From positions 7,561 through 71,560 of the forward strand of contig JALONV010000009.1 of NCBI GenBank assembly GCA_025454755.1: a stretch of 64,000 nucleotides of DNA. The letters run 5' to 3'. The position numbers and the translations under genes are program-made. The stretch is from Bacteroidales bacterium (GTDB taxonomy: Bacteria; Bacteroidota; Bacteroidia; Bacteroidales; VadinHA17). The notes below the pieces were generated by a model. That model made no database searches. It was not told the origin of the DNA and was given only the letters and a program-made list of their open reading frames with translations. Of the stretch, positions 16,655-26,863 are shown piece by piece. Each line of letters starts with the position of its first letter. The first letter of the stretch is position 1.

Positions 16655-17947
16655 ATGCGTGTGTTAATGTTCGGATGGGAATTTCCGCCTCATATCTCAG
16701 GCGGATTGGGGACGGCAAGTTACGGCCTTACAAAGGGTATGACCACACTCGATGACCTGGAGGTGATATTCGTAGTGCCTAAAACATGGGGCGATGAAGA
16801 TCAGAGTGTTGTCAGGCTGATCGGTGCCAATAAAGTGCCAGTTGCATTCAAACATATCTATTACAAGGGTATCAGAAGGCCAATTGAAAAAATTGAAGTC
16901 TCCTCTAAAATCATACCATATACCGATCCGGAAGATTTTTGGAAAGTCACAAGATCAGAAGTAACAGGGCACAAATTATATATCCAGACTAACAGAAAAG
17001 GCATGGTGGATTTCTCCGGCAGGTATGACAGCAACCTGCTGGATGAGATCTATAAATATTCGATTGTCGCATCTGTCATTGCCGAAGAGAATGAATTTGA
17101 TGTCATCCATGCCCATGATTGGCTTGCATATCCCGCAGGGATAGCAGCCATGGAGGTTTCAGGCAAGCCGCTTGTGATCCATGTTCATGCTACTGACTTT
17201 GACAGAAGCGGAGGAAATGTCAATCCCGACGTATACCGTATTGAAAAACAGGGCATGGATGCCGCATCCAAAATAATCACGGTAAGCAACCTGACAAGGG
17301 ATATAGTCATAAACAAGTACGGGATACATCCCGACAAGGTTGAAACAGTATATAATGCCGTTGAACCTGTCAATTTCACAGAGGATATTGTTGTAAACAA
17401 GGGTTTTGATGAAAAGGTGGTCACATTTCTCGGCAGGATAACCCTGCAAAAGGGACCGGAATATTTTATTGAGGCTGCATATAAAGTCCTCAAGGTGATG
17501 AAGAATGTAAGATTCGTAATGGCCGGTTCCGGCGATATGATGGAGAGGATGATGAGAAGAGCCGCCTCACTCAGGATAACAGACCGGTTTCATTTCACCG
17601 GATTCCTGAAGGGAAAAGATGTCTTTACCATGCTGACAATGAGCGATGTTTATATAATGCCATCTGTGTCAGAACCTTTTGGCATCTCTCCCCTCGAAGC
17701 CATGCAGTCAAATGTGCCTGTCATTATTAGTAAGCAATCGGGAGTGGCTGAGATACTCACTCATGCAGTGAAGACCGATTTCTGGGATATTGATGCGATG
17801 GCAGATGCTATCTATGGCATATTGAACTATCCGGCGCTGTCAAACATGTTCATAAAGAATGGCAAGGAAGAGGTTATAAGGCTGAAATGGGACAACTCGG
17901 CAAGACATGTAAAAGATATTTACGAAAGAGTCATTTGGCATAAATAA
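16655..17947 (+). CDS. GT4 glycosyltransferase
   Basis: MRVLMFGWEFPP..SGGLG, HAHDW, GRITLQKG, SEPFGISPLEAM. Confidence 0.92.
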   Translation: MRVLMFGWEFPPHISGGLGTASYGLTKGMTTLDDLEVIFVVPKTWGDEDQSVVRLIGANKVPVAFKHIYYKGIRRPIEKIEVSSKIIPYTDPEDFWKVTRSEVTGHKLYIQTNRKGMVDFSGRYDSNLLDEIYKYSIVASVIAEENEFDVIHAHDWLAYPAGIAAMEVSGKPLVIHVHATDFDRSGGNVNPDVYRIEKQGMDAASKIITVSNLTRDIVINKYGIHPDKVETVYNAVEPVNFTEDIVVNKGFDEKVVTFLGRITLQKGPEYFIEAAYKVLKVMKNVRFVMAGSGDMMERMMRRAASLRITDRFHFTGFLKGKDVFTMLTMSDVYIMPSVSEPFGISPLEAMQSNVPVIISKQSGVAEILTHAVKTDFWDIDAMADAIYGILNYPALSNMFIKNGKEEVIRLKWDNSARHVKDIYERVIWHK

Positions 17948-17956
17948 GAATAAATC

Positions 17957-19501
17957 ATGAGTGCAGCAGGCAAAAAAGCAGTATGCTTATATTTTCAGGT
18001 TCATCAGCCTTTCAGGCTTAAACGGTACAGGTTTTTCGACCTGGGACATGATCATTACTATTATGATGACTTTTCAAATGAATCGATCTTGAGAAAAGTG
18101 GCGGATAAATGCTATCTTCCTGCCAACAAGATTATCCTTGACCTGATCCAGAAACATAAGGGTAAATTCAAAGTCACTTTTTCTCTTACAGGAATAGTAA
18201 TAAACCAGTTCAGGCTTTATGCCCCTGAAGTCCTTGAATCTTTCAAACAGCTTGCTGAAACCGGCATGGTTGAGTTCCTTGCCGAAACCGATTCGCACTC
18301 TCTCTCATCTCTCAAAAACAAAGCCGAATTTGAACGACAGGTAGAGATACACCGTGAGATGATGCGCCAGTTTCTTGGCGTTGAGACAACATCCTTCAGG
18401 AATACAGAACTGATCTATTCCGACCAGATTGGATCATGGGTAGCCGATATGGGCTTCAAATCAATGCTTACAGAAGGAGCAAAGCATGTTCTTGGATGGA
18501 AGAGCCCCAATTACCTGTATTGCAATGCCATAAATCCCCGTCTTAAAGTTTTGCTCAGAAACTTTGTGCTGAGCGATGATATTGCTTTCAGGTTTTCGAA
18601 TAAGCAGTGGAGCGCATGGCCACTGACTGCTGATAAATATGCCTCATGGCTCAATAAGCTTGCGCCTAAAAGTGAACTGATAAATGTTTTTCTCGACTAC
18701 GAGACTTTTGGCGAACATAACTGGAAAGAGACAGGTATATTCGATTTTCTCCAGCATCTGCCGGGGGCTATTTTGAAAAAAACACCATACAAGTTCATGA
18801 CTCCCACGGAAGTTGCCGATTCTCTTCAGCCTGTTTCTGCAATAAGTATCCCTTCTCCCATATCATGGGCCGATGAAGAAAGGGATATAACGGCATGGCT
18901 GGGCAACGAACTTCAGGTTGCGGCGCTCGATAAGCTTTACGAATTGTCCGACAGGGTGTTTAAATGCAATGATAAACTGATGAATAAAGACTGGGAATAC
19001 CTTCAGTCGAGCGATCATTTTTATTATATGGCAACCAAGTTCTTCTCTGATGGCGCTATCCACGCTTATTTCAATCCTTATGATACTCCCTATGATGCCT
19101 TTATGAACTATATGAACATATTGAGCGATTTTGAAATAAGAGTTAAAAGATGCTTCCCGATAACAAGCGAGCAGGAACATATATTGAGACTTGAAAACAT
19201 TATTAAGGAGAAAGATATTGTCATAGAAAAACAAACCGCTGAAATACAGAAGCTTACCGGTAAAACGGAGAAAACTGTCAAGCGCGGTCGTCCGGCCGCC
19301 AGGAAGGAAAATCAGCCTTCCCTTAAAGAGCTTGCAGCCAAATTGGCTGAAACAAGCCTTAAGAAAGCTCCGGCAAGAAAGAAAACGGCAACTTCGAAAA
19401 GCAAATCAAAAACAACAAAAACTGCTGCAAAAAAAACTGCAACAAAGAAAACAACTGCAGGCAAAACTGTAAAAAGAGTCAGCAGGACAAAAATAAAGTA
19501 A
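17957..19501 (+). CDS. GH57 alpha-amylase-family protein with Lys/Ala/Thr-rich C-terminal tail
   Basis: FQVHQP, FRNTELIY, DYETFGEH, LQSSDHFYYM. Confidence 0.92.
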   Translation: MSAAGKKAVCLYFQVHQPFRLKRYRFFDLGHDHYYYDDFSNESILRKVADKCYLPANKIILDLIQKHKGKFKVTFSLTGIVINQFRLYAPEVLESFKQLAETGMVEFLAETDSHSLSSLKNKAEFERQVEIHREMMRQFLGVETTSFRNTELIYSDQIGSWVADMGFKSMLTEGAKHVLGWKSPNYLYCNAINPRLKVLLRNFVLSDDIAFRFSNKQWSAWPLTADKYASWLNKLAPKSELINVFLDYETFGEHNWKETGIFDFLQHLPGAILKKTPYKFMTPTEVADSLQPVSAISIPSPISWADEERDITAWLGNELQVAALDKLYELSDRVFKCNDKLMNKDWEYLQSSDHFYYMATKFFSDGAIHAYFNPYDTPYDAFMNYMNILSDFEIRVKRCFPITSEQEHILRLENIIKEKDIVIEKQTAEIQKLTGKTEKTVKRGRPAARKENQPSLKELAAKLAETSLKKAPARKKTATSKSKSKTTKTAAKKTATKKTTAGKTVKRVSRTKIK

Positions 19502-19534
19502 CATCTAGAAATCAATATTAATCATATTCTTAAA

Positions 19535-22500
19535 ATGAAGGTTGAATTTATTTTCGAAACCAGCTGGGAAGTCTGCAATAAAGTCGGCGGAATCCATACT
19601 GTAATCTCAACAAAAGTCCTGAACATTGTAGATGAACTTGGCGATAATTACATACTTATTGGCCCGGATGTTTGGAGGGAAGATGTAAAGAATCCGGAAT
19701 TCATCCCTGATGAATCGCTCTTTGTGGAATGGAAAGCAAGAGCTGCTTCTGAAGGTCTGAGGGTGAAAACAGGGCGATGGAATATTGCCGGAAAACCAAT
19801 CGTGATGCTGATTGATTTTACTCCGTATTTTGGTCAGCAGAATGAGATATTCGCAAAATTCTGGGAGACTTACAAGCTCGACAGCATCTCCGGTCAGTGG
19901 GATTATGTTGAACCTGCTCTTTTCGGATATGCCGCCGGTAAACTGATCGAAAGCTTCACATCATTTTACCATGATCATCATAACATTGTTGCTCAGTTCC
20001 ATGAATGGATGACCGGCATAGGTATTCTTTACCTGAAAAAGCAGGCGCCATGGATATCTACATCATTTACAACTCATGCTACTGTTTTGGGTCGTTGCGT
20101 CGCAGGAAATAACAGACCTCTGTACGGGAAGATGAAAGAATATGTCCCCTCACAGGTTGCACGCGAGTTCAATGTTATTGCAAAACAGTCACTGGAAAAA
20201 ATCTCTGCAGCCGAAGCAGATGTCTTCACTGCGGTGAGCCAGCTAACCGGAAAGGAATGCAGCCACTTTCTCGGAAAGGACGTAGATATTGTCACTCCAA
20301 ATGGTTTTGAAGATTCATTTGTACCTCCGTCCGATGTCTTTGAGGAAAGAAGACATACTGCAAGAGCGAAACTTAAGAATGTGGCAGAAGCAATTCTTGG
20401 TTATAAGCTTCCTGATGACTGTGTCCTGATTGCAAACAGCGGCCGGTATGAATTCAGGAACAAGGGGGTTGATATTTTCATTGATTCCCTCGGAGAAATG
20501 AATAAAAAGGAAAAACTTAACAAACAGTGCGTTGCATTCATTCTGATGCCGGCATATCATAAAGGTCCGCGCCAGGACGTAGCTGACATACTTTATAATA
20601 ACGGACCGGCAAATGGCGGCGACAAATATCTTACCCACAGCCTTCATTATCCTTCAACCGATCCCGTACTGAACAGGATAAACGCCAATAATCTTCATAA
20701 CGACGAAAAATCACAGGTCAAGGTTATTTTTGCCCCTTCCTACCTGAATGGAAATGATGGTATATTCAATATGCCATATTACGACCTTCTCATTGGATTC
20801 GACCTCTCTGTATTTCCATCCTATTATGAACCATGGGGATATACACCACTGGAAAGCCTGATGTTCTCGATACCCACCGTGACAACATCACTTTCGGGTT
20901 TCGGCCTCTGGGTAAGGGATTATTTCCAGAATCCGGGGAACGGCATTGCTATAGTTGAAAGGACTGATAACAACGAAAATAAAGTTATCAGCGAAATAAG
21001 GCAATTTATGGCTATGTTCGTCGGCCTTAATGAAAATGAGATCAGGGAGGCAAGAGCTAAAGCTCATGAGATCTCACGTATTGCAATGTGGGACAGTCTG
21101 GTTCAGCATTATTTCACCGCCTATGATATGGCCCTTGAAAAGAGCGGTGAGAGAAGAGAAGAACCCCGTGAGTTTGTCGGATTCGTTGAGGCTCCGGGTG
21201 TGCCTGTACGCAAACCGCACCAGGTACCCGTATGGAAAGACATTTATGTTCAGAGCGACGTTCCTGAAAAACTCGCTTCTCTCAAGGAGCTTTCCAATAA
21301 TCTGTGGTGGTCGTGGAACACTGAAGCAGAATTGTTGTTCAAGCGGATGGATCCGTCGCTTTGGGAGGAGGTAAAGCATAATCCAAAGTTGCTGTTAGAG
21401 AAGATAGATTATAAGAGACTCCTCGTCCTTGAGGATGATGAGGAATTTGTCGCCGACCTCGAAAAAGTAACCGGCAAATTCAGAGAATACATAAACCGTA
21501 CTGACGATCCTGAAAAACCAACCATTGCATATTTCAGCATGGAGTTCGGGATACATCCCTGCCTGAAGATATATTCCGGCGGATTGGGAATTCTGGCAGG
21601 TGACTACCTTAAGGAAGCAAGTGATTCAAACATTCATATTATCGGTATCGGACTTCTTTACCGGTTCGGCTATTTCAGACAAAAGCTGGGACCAAAGGGA
21701 GAACAGCTTGCCATTTATGAGGCTGAAGAATTCTCAAGACTACCGATTAATCCTGTGAAGGATGAAAAAGGTAACCACATGTCGGTCAGCATGGTATGGC
21801 CGGGAAGAACGGTGAAGATACGTGTATGGGAGGCCAAAGTAGGCAAGGTGAGCCTTGTACTTCTTGACACCGATTTTGATGATAATACTCCCGAGGACCG
21901 TACTGTTACACACCATCTTTATGGAGGTGATATTGAAAACAGACTACGGCAGGAGCTTATTCTGGGTATCGGTGGTATTCGGGCGATGGTTGCAATGGGA
22001 CTGAAACCTGATGTATACCACAGCAATGAAGGCCATTCCGCATTTATCAGCCTTGAAAGACTCAGGACTATGATTGAGGAGCACCATCTCACCTTCAGCC
22101 AGGCACTTGAAGCTGTCAGAGCTTCAACTCTTTTCACAACACATACACCGGTGCCGGCCGGGCATGATGCCTTTGAAGAAGATTTACTGAGAAAATATAT
22201 CAGTCATTATCATAGCCGCCTGAATATTACATGGGATGAGCTTATGGCCCTGGGCCGTTGCGAGACCGACATGGACAGGAAATTTAACATGAGCTACCTT
22301 GCCACACGGATGTCGCAGGAAGTCAATGGAGTAAGCAAACTTCACGGAGAAGTAAGCCAGGGAATGTTCAACAAACTTTGGCCCGGTTATCTCAAGGAAG
22401 AGCTTTTCATCGACTACGTCACCAACGGAGTTCACCATCCTACCTGGACTGCACCGGAATGGAAAGAAGTTTATAAGGAGATCACCGGAAGCGATAGTTT

Positions 22501-23758
22501 CGACCAGACGAACAGGGATCTCTGGGAAAAACTCTATAATGTCGAAGACAAAAGGATCTATGATATAAAGAGCGGACTTAAAAAGGTTCTTTTTGAGAAT
22601 ATCAGAAAAAGACTTCAGACCGACATGATGCAAAGGCATGTGAGTCCCAGGACACTGATGAACATCAGCAGTCATCTCGATGAGAAAGCGCTTACAATAG
22701 GCTTTGCCCGGCGTTTTGCAACATATAAAAGAGCGACACTGATCTTCAGGGATCTTGACAGGCTTGCCCGCATTGTGAACAATCCCGAGAAACCCGTTCA
22801 GTTCATTTTTGCAGGAAAGGCTCATCCGCATGACGGAGGAGGCCAGGACCTGATAAGAAGGATTCTCGAAATTTCACAGATGCCTCAGTTTACCGGCAAG
22901 GTCATTTTCCTGGAAAATTATGATATCGAACTTGCCAAATACCTGGTGAGAGGTGTGGATATATGGCTCAATACACCGACAAGGCCTTTGGAAGCATCAG
23001 GCACAAGCGGTGAAAAAGCAGTGATGAACGGGACAATACATTTCAGCGTTCTCGATGGCTGGTGGGTTGAAGGTTACAGAGCTTATGCAGGCTGGGCGCT
23101 TCCGAAGAAGAAATCATTTGAAAACCAGGATCTTCAGGATGATGTAGACGCAGAGACGATCTATAACATGCTCGAATTTGAAATAATCCCGGCTTATTAT
23201 TCATTTGACAACCAGGGCGTTCCCGTAGAATGGGTCAGCCTTATCAAGAACACCATGATCAAGATCGCTCCTGAGTTTACGATGAAACGCCAGCTCGACG
23301 ATTACTGCGAAAAATATTACTACAAGCTGTTTACACGTAGTAAATATCTCATTGCCAACAATTTTGACAAGGCAAAAGAGATGGCTGTATGGAAGAAGAC
23401 AATGAAAGATGAGTGGGATAACATAGAGGTACTGAATTACAGCTTTGAGAAACCCGGCGAAAATATTTATCATTCAGGCCATGATTATAAAGCTGAAATA
23501 GCACTACATGTCCACAAAATACCAAAGGAAAATGTAGGTGTCGAGTTTATCATCACTCATATGAGCAAGGAGGGCGAGCATGAGTTTGTGGCAAGCAATG
23601 AATTTGTACTTGTAAGCAGCAGGAGCGGGAAATGCCTGTACAGGGCAAACCTGGTTCCGGAAAAAGCAGGCACATTCTTCTATGGCATAAGGATATACCC
23701 CAAACATAAGGATCTTCCGCACAAGCAGGATTTCTATCTGCTGCGCTGGATCGATTAA
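19535..23758 (+). CDS. glgP: GT3 glycogen synthase / GT35 alpha-glucan phosphorylase fusion
   Basis: N-half EVCNKVGGI, GRYEFRNKG, PSYYEPWGYTP; C-half YSGGLGILAGD, NEGH, GFARRFATYKR, EASGTSGEK. Confidence 0.92.
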   Translation: MKVEFIFETSWEVCNKVGGIHTVISTKVLNIVDELGDNYILIGPDVWREDVKNPEFIPDESLFVEWKARAASEGLRVKTGRWNIAGKPIVMLIDFTPYFGQQNEIFAKFWETYKLDSISGQWDYVEPALFGYAAGKLIESFTSFYHDHHNIVAQFHEWMTGIGILYLKKQAPWISTSFTTHATVLGRCVAGNNRPLYGKMKEYVPSQVAREFNVIAKQSLEKISAAEADVFTAVSQLTGKECSHFLGKDVDIVTPNGFEDSFVPPSDVFEERRHTARAKLKNVAEAILGYKLPDDCVLIANSGRYEFRNKGVDIFIDSLGEMNKKEKLNKQCVAFILMPAYHKGPRQDVADILYNNGPANGGDKYLTHSLHYPSTDPVLNRINANNLHNDEKSQVKVIFAPSYLNGNDGIFNMPYYDLLIGFDLSVFPSYYEPWGYTPLESLMFSIPTVTTSLSGFGLWVRDYFQNPGNGIAIVERTDNNENKVISEIRQFMAMFVGLNENEIREARAKAHEISRIAMWDSLVQHYFTAYDMALEKSGERREEPREFVGFVEAPGVPVRKPHQVPVWKDIYVQSDVPEKLASLKELSNNLWWSWNTEAELLFKRMDPSLWEEVKHNPKLLLEKIDYKRLLVLEDDEEFVADLEKVTGKFREYINRTDDPEKPTIAYFSMEFGIHPCLKIYSGGLGILAGDYLKEASDSNIHIIGIGLLYRFGYFRQKLGPKGEQLAIYEAEEFSRLPINPVKDEKGNHMSVSMVWPGRTVKIRVWEAKVGKVSLVLLDTDFDDNTPEDRTVTHHLYGGDIENRLRQELILGIGGIRAMVAMGLKPDVYHSNEGHSAFISLERLRTMIEEHHLTFSQALEAVRASTLFTTHTPVPAGHDAFEEDLLRKYISHYHSRLNITWDELMALGRCETDMDRKFNMSYLATRMSQEVNGVSKLHGEVSQGMFNKLWPGYLKEELFIDYVTNGVHHPTWTAPEWKEVYKEITGSDSFDQTNRDLWEKLYNVEDKRIYDIKSGLKKVLFENIRKRLQTDMMQRHVSPRTLMNISSHLDEKALTIGFARRFATYKRATLIFRDLDRLARIVNNPEKPVQFIFAGKAHPHDGGGQDLIRRILEISQMPQFTGKVIFLENYDIELAKYLVRGVDIWLNTPTRPLEASGTSGEKAVMNGTIHFSVLDGWWVEGYRAYAGWALPKKKSFENQDLQDDVDAETIYNMLEFEIIPAYYSFDNQGVPVEWVSLIKNTMIKIAPEFTMKRQLDDYCEKYYYKLFTRSKYLIANNFDKAKEMAVWKKTMKDEWDNIEVLNYSFEKPGENIYHSGHDYKAEIALHVHKIPKENVGVEFIITHMSKEGEHEFVASNEFVLVSSRSGKCLYRANLVPEKAGTFFYGIRIYPKHKDLPHKQDFYLLRWID

Positions 23759-25788
23759 ATATCGGTTGCTTTCCTGATAGCCTCCCTTTTGAATACAATG
23801 GCTGTTCTTGAAGGCAGGTACAAATAGAGCTGGAAGGGAACATTCAATGTTGTCCTTTCTGCTTTTCTGACAGATGTATATACTGATCTTCTGTCTATAC
23901 GGTCGAATCCTCCAAATTCGGGATTATCGGAATCAATGATCATACTGAATTTTCCCTTAACTGGTATTCCATAGTCGGTAAATGAGCGGGTTGGATTGAA
24001 GTTGAAAACGAAAAGCAGATCGCCTCTTGTGAAAGCAATGATCTTGTCATTGCTGTTCTCTGTTAATCTTCCGATATAAAGGTCGTCGAGTATCCTGTAA
24101 TTATGCTGAAGTGCAGTCATTTGCCTGTCGAACCTGGCAAGGAACTGGTATTTGAGATCATTGTTTTCCAGGAGCTGCCATTGCCTGAGCGCATATTTGT
24201 AACTCCAGTTGTTTCCTTCACGGGGAAAATCAATCCACTCGGGATGCCCGAACTCGTTTCCCATGAAATTCAGATAACCACCGCCTGCAGTGCTGAAAGT
24301 CAGGAGGCGGATCATTTTATGAAGAGCAATGCCACGGTCGATATTAAAGCTGTGGTGTGATTTTGTCATACCGGTGTACATCTCGGCATCTATCATTCTG
24401 AAAATAAGTGTCTTGTCTCCGACGAGTGCCTGGTCGTGCGATTCACAGTACGAAATTATTTTTTCTTCAGGGCGGTGCTGTGTAAGCTCATGCATCAGAT
24501 GTCCCATATCCCAGTTCTCATCCATGGTCTCCTTGATAAGTTTGATCCAGAAGTCGGGAACGCCCATAGAAAGCCTGTAATCAAACCCATAACCCCTTTT
24601 TGATGTTTCTGCTGCAAGACCAGGCATTCCGCTCATCTCTTCCGCGACAGTAATTGAATGTGGCCTGAATTCATGGATCATTTTATTAGCCAGGTAGAGG
24701 TATACAAGCGCATCAACATCCTGCCCTGCGTCAAAATATTCACCATAGGAAGTAAAATTCTTTCCCAGTCCATGGTCATAATAGATCATACTGGTAATGC
24801 CATCGAACCGGAATCCGTCAAACTTATATTCTTCCAGCCAGTAGCGGCAGTTGGATAACAGGAAATGTATCACACTATCCTTGCCATAGTCGAAGCAGAG
24901 CGAATCCCATGCTATATGATTTCTGCGATTTCCCGTGTGGAAATACTGGCCGGGAGAACCATCGAAAAGACCCAGTCCCTCGTTCACATTCTTGACGGAA
25001 TGGGAATGAACAAGATCCATGATGACCCGCAGGCCCGCCTTATGTGCGTTGTCAATCAGCTCTTTAAGCTCTTCGGGTGTCCCGAAGCGCGATGAGGCTG
25101 CAAAGAAATTGGCAACGTGATATCCGAATGATCCATATAAAGGGTGTTCCTGGACGGCCATCAGCTGGATTGTATTATAACCTGCCCTGGCAATTATGGG
25201 AATAATATTATCAGTGAATTCCCTGTACGTCCCTGTTTTCTCCAGAGGAGTGGCCATACCTACATGAGCCTCATATATCACCGGGGTTGTTGCTTCTGAA
25301 ACAAAAGTTTCAATTTGCCATTTATAGGATTTTTCAGGAATCCAGACCTGGGCGGAGAAGATCTTAGTCCTGTCGTCCTGAACCACACGGTTTGCATAGG
25401 AAGGGATACGCTCTCCCTTACCGCCATGCCAGTGAACACTAAGCTTGTACAGGTCGCCATGGTTCATCGCCTGAATCGGGAATATTATTTCCCAATCGCC
25501 ATGCTGATTGATCCTGGTCATCCTGAACTCAGGCTTCTCCTTCCAACCCGTAAATGTTCCTTTCAGGAAGATATCAGTTGCATTAGGCGCATGCTCCCTG
25601 AAGATCCAATTGTCTTTGTCCCTGTGAAGGCCGTAATAGAAATGTCCCATGGCAAATCCGGAGAGAGTTCCACTGCCGGCAAGCTGCCTTTCTTTCTGAT
25701 GACATTTGCTTATCCGTTCATCAATTATTTCTGTGAATGGTTTCAGCCAGGGATCGACAGTATAAAATTTTGCAGCACCAGTCTTCAT
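23755..25788 (-). CDS. glgB: 1,4-alpha-glucan branching enzyme (GH13)
   Basis: YEAHVGM, SFGYHV, MDLVHSH, GFRFDG, AEEMSG, ESHDQ, FMGNEFGHPEWIDFPR. Confidence 0.93.
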   Translation of the reverse strand: MKTGAAKFYTVDPWLKPFTEIIDERISKCHQKERQLAGSGTLSGFAMGHFYYGLHRDKDNWIFREHAPNATDIFLKGTFTGWKEKPEFRMTRINQHGDWEIIFPIQAMNHGDLYKLSVHWHGGKGERIPSYANRVVQDDRTKIFSAQVWIPEKSYKWQIETFVSEATTPVIYEAHVGMATPLEKTGTYREFTDNIIPIIARAGYNTIQLMAVQEHPLYGSFGYHVANFFAASSRFGTPEELKELIDNAHKAGLRVIMDLVHSHSVKNVNEGLGLFDGSPGQYFHTGNRRNHIAWDSLCFDYGKDSVIHFLLSNCRYWLEEYKFDGFRFDGITSMIYYDHGLGKNFTSYGEYFDAGQDVDALVYLYLANKMIHEFRPHSITVAEEMSGMPGLAAETSKRGYGFDYRLSMGVPDFWIKLIKETMDENWDMGHLMHELTQHRPEEKIISYCESHDQALVGDKTLIFRMIDAEMYTGMTKSHHSFNIDRGIALHKMIRLLTFSTAGGGYLNFMGNEFGHPEWIDFPREGNNWSYKYALRQWQLLENNDLKYQFLARFDRQMTALQHNYRILDDLYIGRLTENSNDKIIAFTRGDLLFVFNFNPTRSFTDYGIPVKGKFSMIIDSDNPEFGGFDRIDRRSVYTSVRKAERTTLNVPFQLYLYLPSRTAIVFKREAIRKATDI

Positions 25789-25883
25789 GGATTGGATATA
25801 TTAGCATAAAAATACAAAAACTAAATCATAATTAACTGCCATATTGCAATGCTTTGCTAATTTTGCGGCGATATATTCCATGT

Positions 25884-26813
25884 ATGGAAATTCACGAAGG
25901 ATACTATAACCTGGATCTGAAAAAGCCTGTCGTCACCATGGGTATTTTCGATGGTGTCCATCGAGGACACAGGATTCTTCTTGATACACTTGTGAATTGC
26001 GCTGCTGCTTCAGGAGGTGAATCCGTCGTTATCACTTTTGACCCGCATCCGCGGCTGGTGTTGGACAAGAACAAAAAGAAACTGTCATTCCTTTCTGATA
26101 TGGATGAGAAAAGACAACTTCTTGAAAAAGCACATGTCAATCATCTGATTATTATCAGTTTCACTCCCGCATTCAGCAGAATGACTGCCAACGATTTCGT
26201 CAGGAAAGTGCTTGCCGAAAAAGTAAAAACCAGGTACCTTATTATCGGCCATGACCATCATTTCGGATACCATGGCGAAGGTAATTTTGATACTGTCAAT
26301 AAATGCGCGTCCTCGATGGGATTTGTTGTCGAACAGTTACGGGGACTTAAGTCCAGGGAAGGTGTCATCAGCTCATCACTCATACGCGAAGCTCTGCTGA
26401 CTGGAAACCTTGATAATGCAAACAAATGGCTTGGATACTGTTATTCGCTTAAGGGACAAGTTGTTAAGGGAAGAGGAATCGGAAGGAAACTGGGATTTCC
26501 CACAGCAAACCTTAAACCATGCTACAGATATAAACTAATTCCTGCCGACGGTGTTTATGCTGTGGAAGTAAAAGTGAATAATGAAATAAAACCGGGTATG
26601 CTGAGCATTGGTACAAATCCAACAGTAAGCAAAGAACCCGGAAGGAGATCGGTAGAAGTAAATATTTTTGATTTCGGGAGAGATATTTACGGGATGGAAA
26701 TTGAGGTAATGTTCAGATATCGCCTGCGCAACGAGATCAGATTTGAGACTGTCGGACAGCTTTCTCTGCAAATGCAGCAGGACAGGGCGGTGGCTCTCAC
26801 CCTTCTGGTATGA
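25884..26813 (+). CDS. ribF: Riboflavin kinase / FAD synthetase
   Basis: GIFDGVHRGH, ISSSLIR, GRKLGFPTAN; start moved to ATG 25884. Confidence 0.95.
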   Translation: MEIHEGYYNLDLKKPVVTMGIFDGVHRGHRILLDTLVNCAAASGGESVVITFDPHPRLVLDKNKKKLSFLSDMDEKRQLLEKAHVNHLIIISFTPAFSRMTANDFVRKVLAEKVKTRYLIIGHDHHFGYHGEGNFDTVNKCASSMGFVVEQLRGLKSREGVISSSLIREALLTGNLDNANKWLGYCYSLKGQVVKGRGIGRKLGFPTANLKPCYRYKLIPADGVYAVEVKVNNEIKPGMLSIGTNPTVSKEPGRRSVEVNIFDFGRDIYGMEIEVMFRYRLRNEIRFETVGQLSLQMQQDRAVALTLLV

Positions 26814-26863
26814 ACAACAACCGGTATATTTTGTTAAATTTGCAGGCTTAACATGAAATAAAG

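Noticed and set aside
26814-26863. SAH/SAM riboswitch before ahcY
   Set aside because: Only 50 nt of intergenic DNA, holding a TAAATTTG promoter box and no aptamer-like structure.
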